Shown piece by piece: positions 16,566-29,227 of a DNA stretch of 64,000 bases. The DNA is from Paraspadella gotoi (taxonomy: Eukaryota > Animalia > Chaetognatha). Every line of letters starts with the position of its first letter. Within the stretch, counting starts at the first letter, position 1. The stretch covers positions 2,401,268-2,465,267 of the forward strand of contig CM119265.1 in NCBI GenBank assembly GCA_051294375.1, read 5' to 3'. Below the pieces are notes generated by a model. The model had not been told where the DNA came from. It worked only from the letters and a program-made list of their open reading frames with translations, and did not search any database. Position numbers and translations under genes: made by a program.

Positions 16566-19274
16566 TTACTCGCGTCTGATTATCATTTCCGTTTCACTCA
16601 CGGATGGATTACCGGGAGTGCGCCACAAATCGGTTTTGCAGTTGAGGCATATGTAATGACATGAATTGAACCACCAGCCTCCACTGTAAGAGTCAGCACA
16701 CGAAGACGAATTTTTATCATTATCTTGGTCTCGAGTTGAAAACCGTGCAAAGTTCATGTAATTTATGTGATAGTCCGACGGAGCTTGTTCATCTTTCTTC
16801 AAAATCGAAGAAAAACTAATACTATACTTATCTTTTTCAGATCGAACAGTGAACTGGTCCACCACAAATCGTCTCCAACCTTGAGACGATTTTATCTTCA
16901 CTCTCATCTCCAATTTCCATTTACCTTTCGAAGTGATTTCGTGAAGTTTGTCCAACCCCAACCAAAAATCACCATTTTCAAGGGTGAAACCCTCTTTGTA
17001 TGAATTCCAATTTTTGTTAAAATCTGAGTTTATTATAGTTCGCCTTTGAAAAACGATGGAGGTTGAACTAGTTACATTTGATAAGCAGTTTGGGCATCCG
17101 CATTTATCTAGGTTTTCCTCATATATTTTACATATTGAACAAACTTTTTTTTGGCAAATTCTCACGGGACAACCCGCCTCGTTTTCTTCATCAACATTTT
17201 CATAGCAATCATCTTCACATTCCTGTACTTTTGGGCACTGAATACAAGCATCTCTTGCTTTCCCACAAGGAGTCAAACCACGCACCATGAAATGATCCTT
17301 GGGACAATCACGAGTTTCGAAAACATGAGTACATTCTTCATTTTTAAGAGCGCATTGGCTCGTGTCGCATCCACAAGAGTCAGATTTCTCAGAAATGCTG
17401 TTCTCATAACATTCGGGGGCTAAATCTTCGCCATGACATTTCCTCTCTTTCGCTTCTTTGTTGAACTTTTTGCAATAAGTTTCCCCGACTGGCCTCTGAA
17501 TCTTACAACCACATCCGTCATGTGTATCTATAATATCGTGACATGGATAATCTTTTGCTTTTAACTTTTTCATTTCAGCACACTTTTTGACTATGCATCG
17601 TTGTTGGGTGCAGCCGCAAAGAGTTCCATTGATGAACTCTTCAGGAATTAAACAGTTAGGGCATTGGAGATTTTTTGGAGGTGGGCAGGAGGTCTTGCAG
17701 ATTGGATATGGACAACCGTCGGATGTTTTCTGAAATAAAGCTCGGATAATTCAATTATTCAATACAAATTGGAGTAAAATGAAAATATTTGTTTGTTATT
17801 GGCTGTAAAAATAGAAGAAACATATACTATATAGGCTGGATGAAGTGTAATAGTTGGATAACTAGTTAATATTTATTATTTCAACACATTTTTTTTTTAA
17901 CTTCCAGCTCTGAAAGTGAAATTTATATGCTCTTAGCCTTAGGTACCTTAAAGGATCCAACCTAAATTTGCATCTTATTCGGAAATATTACAAAAAGTTT
18001 AAAATCCTACTCACTAGTAATTTTTGTGATTGATCAAACCCAATCACACAACAAACGACAAACCTCATAAATGATGCCTTCACACTCCTTGCGATCACAA
18101 GTTGGAACTTTAACAGAAGGACATGGATCACATTTGGTGACTGGACAGTCGCAGCAATCCACAGTTTCAACAGGGAATGTACCTGAGAAAACATATTTTA
18201 GCACATTGTTAAACCATTATACTTATGTAGTCTAAATCAGGTTTTTTTTTAATCTAAAGATAATTTTCCTGGACTCAATTCTAATAGGGGGTGAGAAACT
18301 TATCTTCGGAACCAATAAACTCTTGGATTACTTGGAAATTTTTAAGACAAGATACGATTTACCATAATTGCACTCCTTTTTAATATTTTTCTCGCATTTT
18401 GTCGGGCAGCATTGATGCTCGATCGGACAATTACAGGTCTCGTTGTAAACCGTGCTCATGGGCCGATCGCCGCAATCTGGAGTCTTCAAGTCCTTGGGGC
18501 AGGCGGCCTCGCAGATGGGGGACAATGTCGATGAGGCGGATGTTGATTCGGATGTTGATGAGGAATCGGAAGAATTCGATTCTAATTCATCTACGAAGGC
18601 TCCTAATTCCTTCAAGAAAAGAGATTCGTCGTTCGGAGCAGCTGAATATAAAACAAAGAAAAAAAATAAAGAGAGGACAAGTAATTATGATTATCGTTTA
18701 ATATTATCTTTTATTAGTGGGAGATATCATAACTTTTTAGTAGATATCTCAACTAATGTATCATTTGTTTATATAACTTTTACAAATTTATACAAAAGAA
18801 ACATTCTTTGAAACATACCACTAATTATACACTCTGTGAATGAATTAACTAGAATGTGAGAGAGTCTTTATTGAAAGCTTGCAGGGATCTATAAGAGTGA
18901 TAGCGGCCTTAAACCACAAAAGCCTGTCCAAAATCAGGGGCACGATAGCTTATGTATTAAATGAATGGATGTCTTTTGTACCAATTTTATAAGTCGTCTT
19001 TTGTACATTGTACATTATTGATGAAGTAGGCAAATACTTATGGGTTAATCAACATGTCAAAAAAAGAGGCTTAGAAATAAAAAAATTGTAGGGTTTTGCT
19101 TTATGGTTGTTCTGTAGCTGGATTGCGGCTTAGCTGCCTGTTCCCACTTTACTATAGTTCATTTGTTGTACGGATTTAATAATAAAAATATTTTTAAAAA
19201 AGTAATGTTTCAATTTTTTGTTCACCTCCTGACAGAGCTCCGATGGTGAGCAGAAAAAATATAACGATCTTCAT
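16566..19274 (-). CDS. Secreted Cys-rich plus fibrinogen C-terminal domain protein, paralogue 2 (536 aa)
   Basis: Complement join 19274..19226, 18641..18363, 18182..18064, 17729..16566 (1611 nt). Exon phases and the 49-nt exon 1 match paralogue 1. Signal peptide MKIVIFFLLTIGALSG; IVFQRR, GDFWLGLDKLHEIT, FSTRDQDND, GGWWFNSC. Confidence 0.9.
18840..18990 (+). mobile_element. Dispersed repeat family T (twister-like core), degenerate copy
   Basis: GGCCTTAAACCACAAAAGCCTGTCCAAAATCAGGGGCACGATAGCTTA, in intron 1 of paralogue 2. Confidence 0.75.
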
Positions 19275-19399
19275 GATGAATGTTTTTGGTTTATCAAAAA
19301 AAGATGCCAGTTTATATAGACTTTTCGAACAAGGATTTCTTTGTGCATTATTTGTATTACCCTATCTAATAGATTTAAAACAATATCCGATCGTTTCTC

Positions 19400-20290
19400 A
19401 ACAAGTTTGAGCAAACTATGTCGGATTTGCCTACGAAAATTAAGTGTTAATCAGCTAATCCGGTGATGAATCACGATCATTCTTTCTGACTCACAATTTG
19501 TGATCTTAACAGATTATAAAAAATCATATCATTACAAATCATGACAGACTTCTTAATAAATCTATGAAAAAAGTTATAGATCAATTAATCTTTCAATGCG
19601 CCAATACCCGTTTGCATAATTTGTTCAACTGGCATAATTTGGTCAACTGGCATAATTTGGTGAACAGGCATAATTTGGTCAACTGGCATAATTTTGTCAA
19701 CTGGCATAATTTTGTCAACTGGCATAATTTTGTAAACTGGCATAATTTGGTCTACTAACATAATTTTGTCAACTGATATAATTTTTTCAACTCGTATAAT
19801 TTTTGAAATAAATATTTATAAGGAAAACGCATAATATTTTTAACTGAGCAATATACTTTGGTTAACATGGCTTAACCATAATTCATTTGCGAAGAAAATG
19901 CGTCATCAAAAAGTAAAATATATTTTGGTTAAAAGAGAAAGAGAAAGGGAGAGAATAAGAGTGAAAAGAGGAAAAGAATCATGAGGTTAAAGTGAAGGAG
20001 AAAAGTTCAAGAGAAAGAAAGAGAAAATGAAAATGAAATGAACTATGGTTATTGGTAAAGGTTGCATCAATAATTCGTTATTATCCCGTCAATAATTCTT
20101 AATCATTAAACCAATAGTTTGTTATATTTTGAAGTTTTTTCCTGTCCTAACAAATGAGCAACCAACTATATGCAAGTTATGAGCATTTTTAACGTAAGTG
20201 GGACAGACCGACGGACAGACATACCGACCGACGGACCGACAGACCGACCGAAAAGTGGCTTATAGAGTTGCTCCGCGGCGCAACTAAAAA
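19400..20290 (+). mobile_element. Non-autonomous Helentron/DINE-1-like element with internal 18-bp array
   Basis: 5' AACAAGTTTGAGCAA, (GACC/GACG/GACA) microsatellite, 3' TTATAGAGTTGC...GCAACTAAAAA stem-loop; internal GCATAATTTGGTCAACTG repeats. Confidence 0.65.
19597..19803 (+). repeat. 18-bp tandem array (GCATAATTTGGTCAACTG) headed by GCGCCAATACC
   Basis: About 10 units; an inverted copy lies at 49884-50080 and a decayed copy at 40770-40925. Confidence 0.85.
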
Positions 20291-20795
20291 CATTATCAAA
20301 TTTGATAAGTTTTTCTTATCGTTTACGAAACAAAGGATCTCATTATATTCTCTCTCGAATTGATTCATTCATATAATATTTTTCAACTGTTGGTGTGAAG
20401 TTTATTTCAACTTCATGAAAATGAATTCTAACAAGTATTTTTCAGCCAGTGGTATGTTTCTTTATACTATTTTGCAACATTGTGCTTATTAAAAAGGCTA
20501 CAAAAGCCATAATTTAGTTTTATACATACGTACATACATACATTAATTTTTCTATTTCCTTCTTTTCTATCCTTCCCTCCCCACAACTCACTATCCACCC
20601 CTCTGCCCCTCACACCCAAGAAATGAAAACAAACTTCACCCTTTCGCTTTTCTCATCTCAAAAATGATTCACTAACGAAGATTCACGCATCTTCACTCCT
20701 CCTCCTCCTCCTCCTCCTCCTTCCGATTTTTCGGGATTTTTGTGATTCGTGACTTTTTTTCACTTTTTCTTACGAATTCTCGCGGTTTTATATAT

Positions 20796-20834
<39 letters not shown>

Positions 20835-21608
20835 TTCTCACTGCTTTTCTTTAATTTAACGTTTTTTCTTTACATTAAATTATACGTTCAGTTTTATTTT
20901 GTTCCTAATAAAGAAATTTAAAGAATAAAACCAACTTCTATTACTTAAAAAACATTTCTAGTTAGAATTATTTCCTGTGTAAAACTTTTTTTCAAATAAT
21001 AACAATGTATTATTTTTTTTTAAAAACGTGTTTAATACCTTTTTTTTTAAATTCGTGACTCGTCGCCCGGAAGTGATTTCCTTCCTTCCACCTAAATGTG
21101 TCACCGCCTGAAAACTTTTTACTTTTTTCAAACTTTTTACTTCACAATTAATCAAACGACTTTCGGTTCAATCATTAATGGAAATTAAAATTTAAAGTAT
21201 TATTGAAAAATTCATTTTTTATTTATATTGAAATTAATCTAAAATAATTGTTTTCACTTTCCGCCGGGAGAAAGAAGCAAATCGTTTGAAATCCTTCAAA
21301 ATATTGAAAACAAAGACGACAATAAAATTTGTTTAAAAACTTCATCTACAAAATGAAAAAACATTTTTTGAAAAAAAAATAATAAGAAGGCAAAGAGATA
21401 CTTTACACACTCTTCTTCTCTCTCTTTCGGAGGCTTTCTCTCTCTCGTCTTTCTTCTTCTCTCTTCTCTCGATCTCTCTCTCTCTCTCGTCTCGTCCTCT
21501 CTCTCTCTCCCTTTCTCCCAATAGTCTTCCACCGTTTCCCTCTCTCCTCTTCCCCACAACTGGCCAGAATGCTCGCCTAAACTGCCGAGAGAAGCAAGCC
21601 TGCCAACC

Positions 21609-22048
21609 ATGCCAACCATGCCGAGCGTACCGAGCGTACAACACAAACTGCGCGGACTGCCGTCGCCAAGTCCGTTCGTCTTTGAAGCGATAAACGCGAC
21701 GAGATCTCAAAAACCTTTTGACAACGACAACGACGACAACAACAACTCCAACAGCTCCTTTACTTCAAAAAGCTCCTCTCTTTTTCTCTTTTCGAAAGTC
21801 GACACAAAATTCTCCCCGCTCCTACGTCACTCGCTCCTAAGTCACTCGCTCCTACAAAAGCTCCTTCGATCGAAACAAAGACAAGTTCCGCTCCTACGAC
21901 CACTCCAAGAATCGCTCCAACGACAACTCTATTCTCTTCTCTTTCTCCCCTCGCTCCTACTGCTCCTGCTCTCGCTCCTCTCGCCCACGTCCGCTTTCAA
22001 CCTCGACGTCTCGTTTCCGGTTTTTCATCGAGGCGTCGGGCTGCGGAT

Positions 22049-22096
<48 letters not shown>

Positions 22097-23230
22097 AGTT
22101 GGGCAGTTGGATCCGAATCACGACGATGAAGTCGGTGAGATGACGTGAATGATAAGATAAGAATAATAACAACAAGATAGTATTGGCGTGTTCAAAACTG
22201 TTCATAGATTGATTTATCTAATATTTATCCCTTTCCTTTTTTTTTCCCTTTACTCTCCTATTCTCCACTTTTCCCCCCATTTGCTTCCCTCTCCTTTTCT
22301 TTCCTTTTCTTTCCTTTCCTTTCCTTTCCTTTCCTTTCCTTTCCTTTCCTTTCCTTTCCTTTCCTTTCCTTTCCTTTCCTTTCCTCTTTCCTTTCCTCTC
22401 CTTTCCTTTCCTTTCCTCTCCTTCCCCTCAGGCGCCCTCTTCGGTTTTTCCGTCAAACAAATGAGAATCGGAAGTGAAGGATTTATTCTCGTCGGCGCCC
22501 CGCGTCATCACGCCAAAGCGGCGTCGCCCGACGCCTCCTCCGATCGTGCCACCACTTCCGGTCGCGGCGCCGTCTTCCGGTGCCGAGCGAATCCCTTCTC
22601 GGAGTCTCTCGGCGCCCAAGAGCTTTGCCGAGATTTGAAGATCGACGAGGAAGCATCGGACGCGTTGACGGCGGCACAGGAGGTGTTGTTGTTGTTGTTC
22701 TTGTTGTTGTTGTTGTCACCGAATCAGACCTACCACTCTGTTCTCTATTTCTGACCGACGAATCTGCCAGCTAAATAAGTAAATATGACTACTGAATTTA
22801 ACCGACAAATCCAATTGCCAAATCGGACTCCCAAGTCCCAAATCTAACTTTCAATCCTGGCTTTTAAATCAGACCGCCAAATCTAACCGCCGGAGCTAAC
22901 CGCCAAATATAACTTTCAAATCTAACCGAAAAATATAATTGTCAAATCTGCCCGCCAAATAAGACCACTAAATCTGACCGCCAAATCTAACCGACGTTTC
23001 GCCACTTTGCTCTCAGGTGACGGAGAATCAGTGGCTCGGCGCTTCGGTCTTCGCGTCGTCGGCGTCGGGCGTCTACGGCGCATGCGCGCCTCGTTACACG
23101 TGGAAAAGCTTGGTGTACAACGGAAACGGAATGGTGAAATGACAATGGATCGAGCAAGCAAAAAAAAAAAAAAAACAAAAACGAGCAATATTACTATTTT
23201 CTTGCTAAAAGAGACGACAATCAATAAATT

Positions 23231-23273
<43 letters not shown>

Positions 23274-24159
23274 TCAATTTCCTCTCAGATCCGTCGCGAG
23301 CCCATCGGTCGCTGCCTGGTCGTCTCCCCGGACGAAGAGGGCGTCAGAAGCTTTACTCCCTGCAAAATCATTCAGAGGAGCAACTACACCGACCGCTTTC
23401 ATCTGCAGGGTGAGGTCTGGGGTTGCTGGGTCACTCGATCGATCAAATTATTCACAATCACTCAATCAGTCGCCGCGATTATAGTCGCGAGAGTAGATTT
23501 TTAAAAAGAAAACCGCGAAAAACATAAAAATTTATAAAAAAAAAAAACAATTACTAATATTAAAAACATTAGAGAAATTTGAGTTTTTCTTAGTATCGTT
23601 TACGGAACAATGGACCTCAATCTCATTATCTTTTCCCTCGAATGGATTCAATTCAATCGCGACTTTTTTTTTCTCAGAATAAAAAAAAAACTGGATTTGA
23701 CCTAGTATCGACGGCCCGAAAAAATTCTTACAAGGAATAAGAGATCTTGCCACGATTCTTTAAAAATAAAATATAAAAAGAAAATAACAGACCAAAAAGT
23801 TTTAATCGATAGACCAATCATTAAAAAAAAATAAATAAATCCGCCAATCAATCAATAATCTAATCAAATCATCGAAAATTATTTAATAGAAAGTCAATCA
23901 ATCAATTCAATTTTATTAATCAATCAATCAATCAATTAATAAATCAATCAAATCCTCCCCCCCACAGGCTTTTGCATGAACGGCTTCTCCTCCGCCATCA
24001 CCGACGACGGGCTCCTCTACTCCGGAGCGCCGGGCGCCTTCTATTGGCACGGACAACTTCACGTCGCCTCCTTGACGACCAACTTCAATCGCTTCATCCC
24101 TCGAGCGGCAGACCCTTTCGGCGAAGACGACGACTCCTACTTGGGATTCAGCGTCGCGA

Positions 24160-24194
<35 letters not shown>

Positions 24195-24276
24195 TCCAGC
24201 ATCGTTGCTGTTGGTCAACCCAAAGGGAACAATCTCACGGGAAGCGTCGTTATATTTGACAGGTGATTTGATTTGG

Positions 24277-24363
<87 letters not shown>

Positions 24364-26281
24364 TGATTGATTGAATAGATTGCGTGTTAAAGTATGCGAA
24401 ATACAAATGTATAAATGTACTACTTATATTTTAATGTAATGTACGTATAGTGCTTCTGTGATCAATGTAAAGATAAAAATTTCTGAAAGACAATTGACCG
24501 ATTAAAAAGGCTCAAAAATTCCTTTCCATTTTAGGTTTTATCAAAGAAATCAAAATTATCTTTTTGTGAACGATCTTTTGTTGAAAGTGAAATAAAAACT
24601 ATGAGGGTAGCATTTGATTATAAATGTACATATAATTAAAATTTTTTAACGAATTTAACAAAATTTAAAAAAATGTGAGTGAACTTTTATTTGAAACCGC
24701 AATCATCATCGGCGGTCAAATCTTTAGTTCACTGTGACGTGAATCGGGCGTGATTCAATTCGATGATTCACCTTTCAATTTTAATCTCTTCACTTCCTTC
24801 TGCGTCAGAAATTATCTTCAGTCTTAACTACTATTCTGTTTTAATAACTTTAATCATGTAATATCTGGGCTGTCATTTTTTACTTTATTTTATTAAATCG
24901 CTAAAGGCGAGTTTTGACATGCTGAGATCAATCCTTTCCTTTTAACTCATTAACTTCACTTGGCGTCATTCACTTCTTCCATTCACGTCTTTCACTTTTT
25001 TTTCAATCGTCTAATTCGCATCGTTCACTTCTTCATTCTGATCGTTCACGGCTTTCATTCATCTCATTCACTCCTATCATTCCCAAAGTCAAAGACGCCG
25101 TCGCGGAAATCAGATTAGATTTGTGGCTTCGATGGGAGTTTTCCTTTGGGAGACGAGAAAGGGGAAGTGAGGAAGGAGAGAGGGGGAGTGAGGGAGGTAG
25201 GAGAGAGGGGGAGGAGGGAGGAAAGAGGGAAAGAAGAGGTAGAAGGAAGTACAAGAATAGTTGAAAGAGAGAAGAGGGGGAATTAGGAAAAGAAAGGAAG
25301 AAGGGGCAAATGAGTAAAGTATCGAGAATAGGTTAATTCTGGGTGAAGGTTGAAAATGGGGATTCTTGTGATTTTTAATTCCTGACTCTTGTTCCGTTTT
25401 AAGATTCACGGATATGAATAATGTCACTGTGACAACGACGATAACGACGACGATGACGACGACGATGAAGACGACGATGACGACGACGATGAAGATGACG
25501 ATTACGACGACGATGATTTAGGAAATACAAAAATTCCCGATTTCTTCGATTTGACAAAACGATTAAATTTAGTTTAGTTTAAGTTTACACAAATCTTACA
25601 CTAAAGTTAAATTAAAGTTACACACTAATTTTATTTCCAAGTTTTGCTATGCTATTATCTTGTTGAAGGATTGTTAGTCTTAATCCAGCCTGTCAATTGT
25701 CTAAAATAAGCTTGTTTCTTAAATGAATGGATAATTTTTATATTGGTTGTGTCAATCTCGTAAATTATATTAAACACATGATATACGTTTAAAATGTGGC
25801 AAGGAGTAAGTTCATTAAACTATTTCTGTCTTAACTGTGAACTTTTTTTTGTTTAGGCTTAGGAGAGTAAACTCCGAAACTTTGGTCGTAAAAACTTTTT
25901 CGCGATTTTAATCGTTAAAATTTTTTTATTTTGTGATGAAAATCGAATCCAGACTTCTATTTTATAACGATAAACAAAATTAAACATAAATACTGAACTT
26001 TATATATTAAAACTTGTATAATCGGGGCGGGAAAAGACAAAAATTGATAAGAGAGTGAGCGCCAAGGAAAGGAGAGGAAGAAAGAGAGAGAGAGAAGACG
26101 AAGAGAGAGAGAGAGAGAGGAGAAGAGACGAGAGAAGAGAGACGAGAGACAGAGAGAGAGAGTTTCCAAACTTCTCAAGTGAGGTTTTTCCTCATCTGCC
26201 AGTAATCATCGTCGCTACTAGTGACTTTCAACATCAAACCTCCTTCACGAGGCGACGACCCCCGGTGTGAGCCACATGCTG

Positions 26282-26332
<51 letters not shown>

Positions 26333-26456
26333 GAAGAGAGAGAGAGAGAGAGAGAGAGATTCTTTCTACCCCTAAAATCGAGGTTAAAATCCCCGACGGG
26401 GCTTCGGGGGACTTCCTCGATGATCAGGCATCGGGAGAAGAGAGAAGAGGAAGAGA

Positions 26457-26490
<34 letters not shown>

Positions 26491-27775
26491 TAGTAATAAT
26501 AGCCTTATATGGAACTTTGCTAGTTTTTTTGGTCAGTGGTGAATTTTTATAATTTCTTTTTAAAGTAATTAACTTTTCTTTGTTAGTTTACTATACATAA
26601 CCGTACTGATATCACATAAAAGAAGGGAATTAGCAAATAATTGGTTCCGTATCACATATCATATAAATAGGATGTTAAATGGTTCTAATAAATGGTCTTA
26701 CTTATCTTAAATAAGGAGCTTTAAGAAAAAATTGTTGTAGTATCACTTATCTTATAAGAGGGGGAGAATAAAGAATTAAATGATTCTAGTATCATATATA
26801 CCTCAAATGAGGAGAAAAAAAAGTTTTTGTATTACATACCTTAAATAAAAAGGAGAATTAACAAGGAAATGATTCTAGTATCACATATCTCAAAAGAGGA
26901 GGAGAATTAAGTAAAAATAGTTCGAGTATTACATGCCTCAAATGAGGAGGAGAATTTAATTAAAAATGTTTTAGTGTCACATACCTTAAAAAAAGAAGGG
27001 AATTAAGTAGAAATAGTTCGAGTATCACATACCTCAAATNNNNNNNNNNNNNNNNNNNNNNNNNNNNNNNNNNNNNNNNNNNNNNNNNNNNNNNNNNNNN
27101 NNNNNNNNNNNNNNNNNNNNNNNNNNNNNNNNNNNNNNNNNNNNNNNNNNNNNNNNNNNNNNNNNNNNNNNNNNNNNNNNNNNNNNNNNNNNNNNNNNNN
27201 NNNNNNNNNNNNNNNNNNNNNNNNNNNNNNNNNNNNNNNNNNNNNNNNNNNNNNNNNNNNNNNNNNNNNNNNNNNNNNNNNNNNACATACCTTAAATGAG
27301 GAGGAGAATTAAGTAGAAATAGTTTGAGTATCACATACCTCAAATGAGGAGGAGAACGAGGGCGCGGATTCATCATTAAAACTAAGAAATCCGATTCTTT
27401 AATCTTTTTGGTCTAAAGAGGAAATGAAAGAAAAAAAAGGAGTCAAGGGTCTGATGCTGGTGAAAGGGAGGAGGTTGATGGGGAAGAGGAAATGGTCTGA
27501 TGCTGGTGAAAGGGAGGAGGTTGATGGGGAAGAGGAAAGGGTTTGATGCTGAGGAAAGGGTGTTAGTTGATTCTATTCGCGCCAATTTCAATGCGACGAA
27601 TTCTATAGGACGATCGCCGCTGGTCGTCGTCGTCGTCGTCGTCGTCGTCGTTGTCTGGACGAAAGATGTTTCGTTTTTAATTTTCTTAATTCAAAATATT
27701 TGTTTTTATTTATGAAATATTTTTCTCTTGTGGAAACTGGAAGGAAATTATTTTTCATTATTATTATTATTATTA

Positions 27776-27860
<85 letters not shown>

Positions 27861-29024
27861 GTTGTTGTTTTTGTTTTTGTTTTTGTTGTTAGTTTTTTTC
27901 CGCGACTTAATAAAAAAGTATTTTGATAAAAAACTTTTTTGAAAAATTTTTTAAAAAAATAAGAAAAGTTTTAAGTTATTATTTTAGTATATTACTCAAA
28001 GAAAACAATATGGCAATTGTAAAAGAAAGTTAAACGAACTGATATATGAAACCCACCATATGAAATAATTCTTTAAAAAAAAAAAGAAGCCGTTGTAAAT
28101 AATCCTTAGTTAAATTTCGAACAATGAAATCCCTCAGAGAAAAATAATTAGAGCGATAATGATTTCCATAATATATATATATTTATCGAATTCCTTCGCG
28201 AGCGAAAGAAAGAAATTTAAAAAAAGAAGGAAAGAAAGAAAGAAAAACTGGAATTTGATCTAAACTCGAACGTGAGTCGTTTTTACAACTGGTTCATTGT
28301 TTCCTATCGATGTTTGGCAGGCGGAGAGGGAGAGAGAGAGAGGGGAGAGAGAGGGAGAGGGAGAGAAATGGAGAAAGAGAGTGGGGGAGAGAGAGGGCGA
28401 GAGAGAGAGGGGGTGGGGAAGAAAGGAGGAGAGAGACAGGAAACGAAAACCAAATGAGGAAATGATTGACAAAAGAAAGGAAGAAAGAAAGATAGAAAGA
28501 AATAAAGAAAGAAAGACCAGAAAAAAGAAAGAAAAATATAGAGAAATAAAACTCCCACGACGACAACAACGACAACAACAACAACGACAAGAAAGAAAGT
28601 TGGTGAACCGAAGACGCGAACAGTGGCGATGATAGAGGAGGAGGAGGAAGAGGAAGAGGAGGAAGAGGAATAGTAGGAGGAAGAGGAAGAGGAGGAGGAG
28701 GAAAAGAAAACGTCAAAGAAAACGAAAGATGCTTTTTTTTTCACGAAAAGAATCACGTCAACGAGTCGAGGTCACGGGGTTAGGAGTTTGGAAAAAGAGG
28801 TCATCGGGTCAAGAGGTCAGCGGGTCAGCGGGTCAGGGGGTCTGCGGGTAAAAGGGCCACGTAATTTGATCGGAGACAATGAATGAATAACAAAATGATT
28901 GATAGATTGATTGATTGATTGATTGATCGATTGGTTGATTGAATGATTGAATGAATATTTGAAATAGAGAATAAAATAAAGAAAGAGACAAAGGAGAGAG
29001 AGAGAGAGAAAAAAAAGAGAGAAA

Positions 29025-29107
<83 letters not shown>

Positions 29108-29192
29108 CCATCCCTGACCCAAATTCGGTACAAAAAAGAGAAGCTAAGAATTCGACTTCCGATACAAAGAAAATTTTCTCCGGGCGATTTAG

Positions 29193-29227
<35 letters not shown>

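Noticed and set aside
26600-27356. Regularly spaced repeats resembling a CRISPR array (also 31193-31418)
   Set aside because: Tandem units without unique spacers, no cas genes, eukaryotic context.
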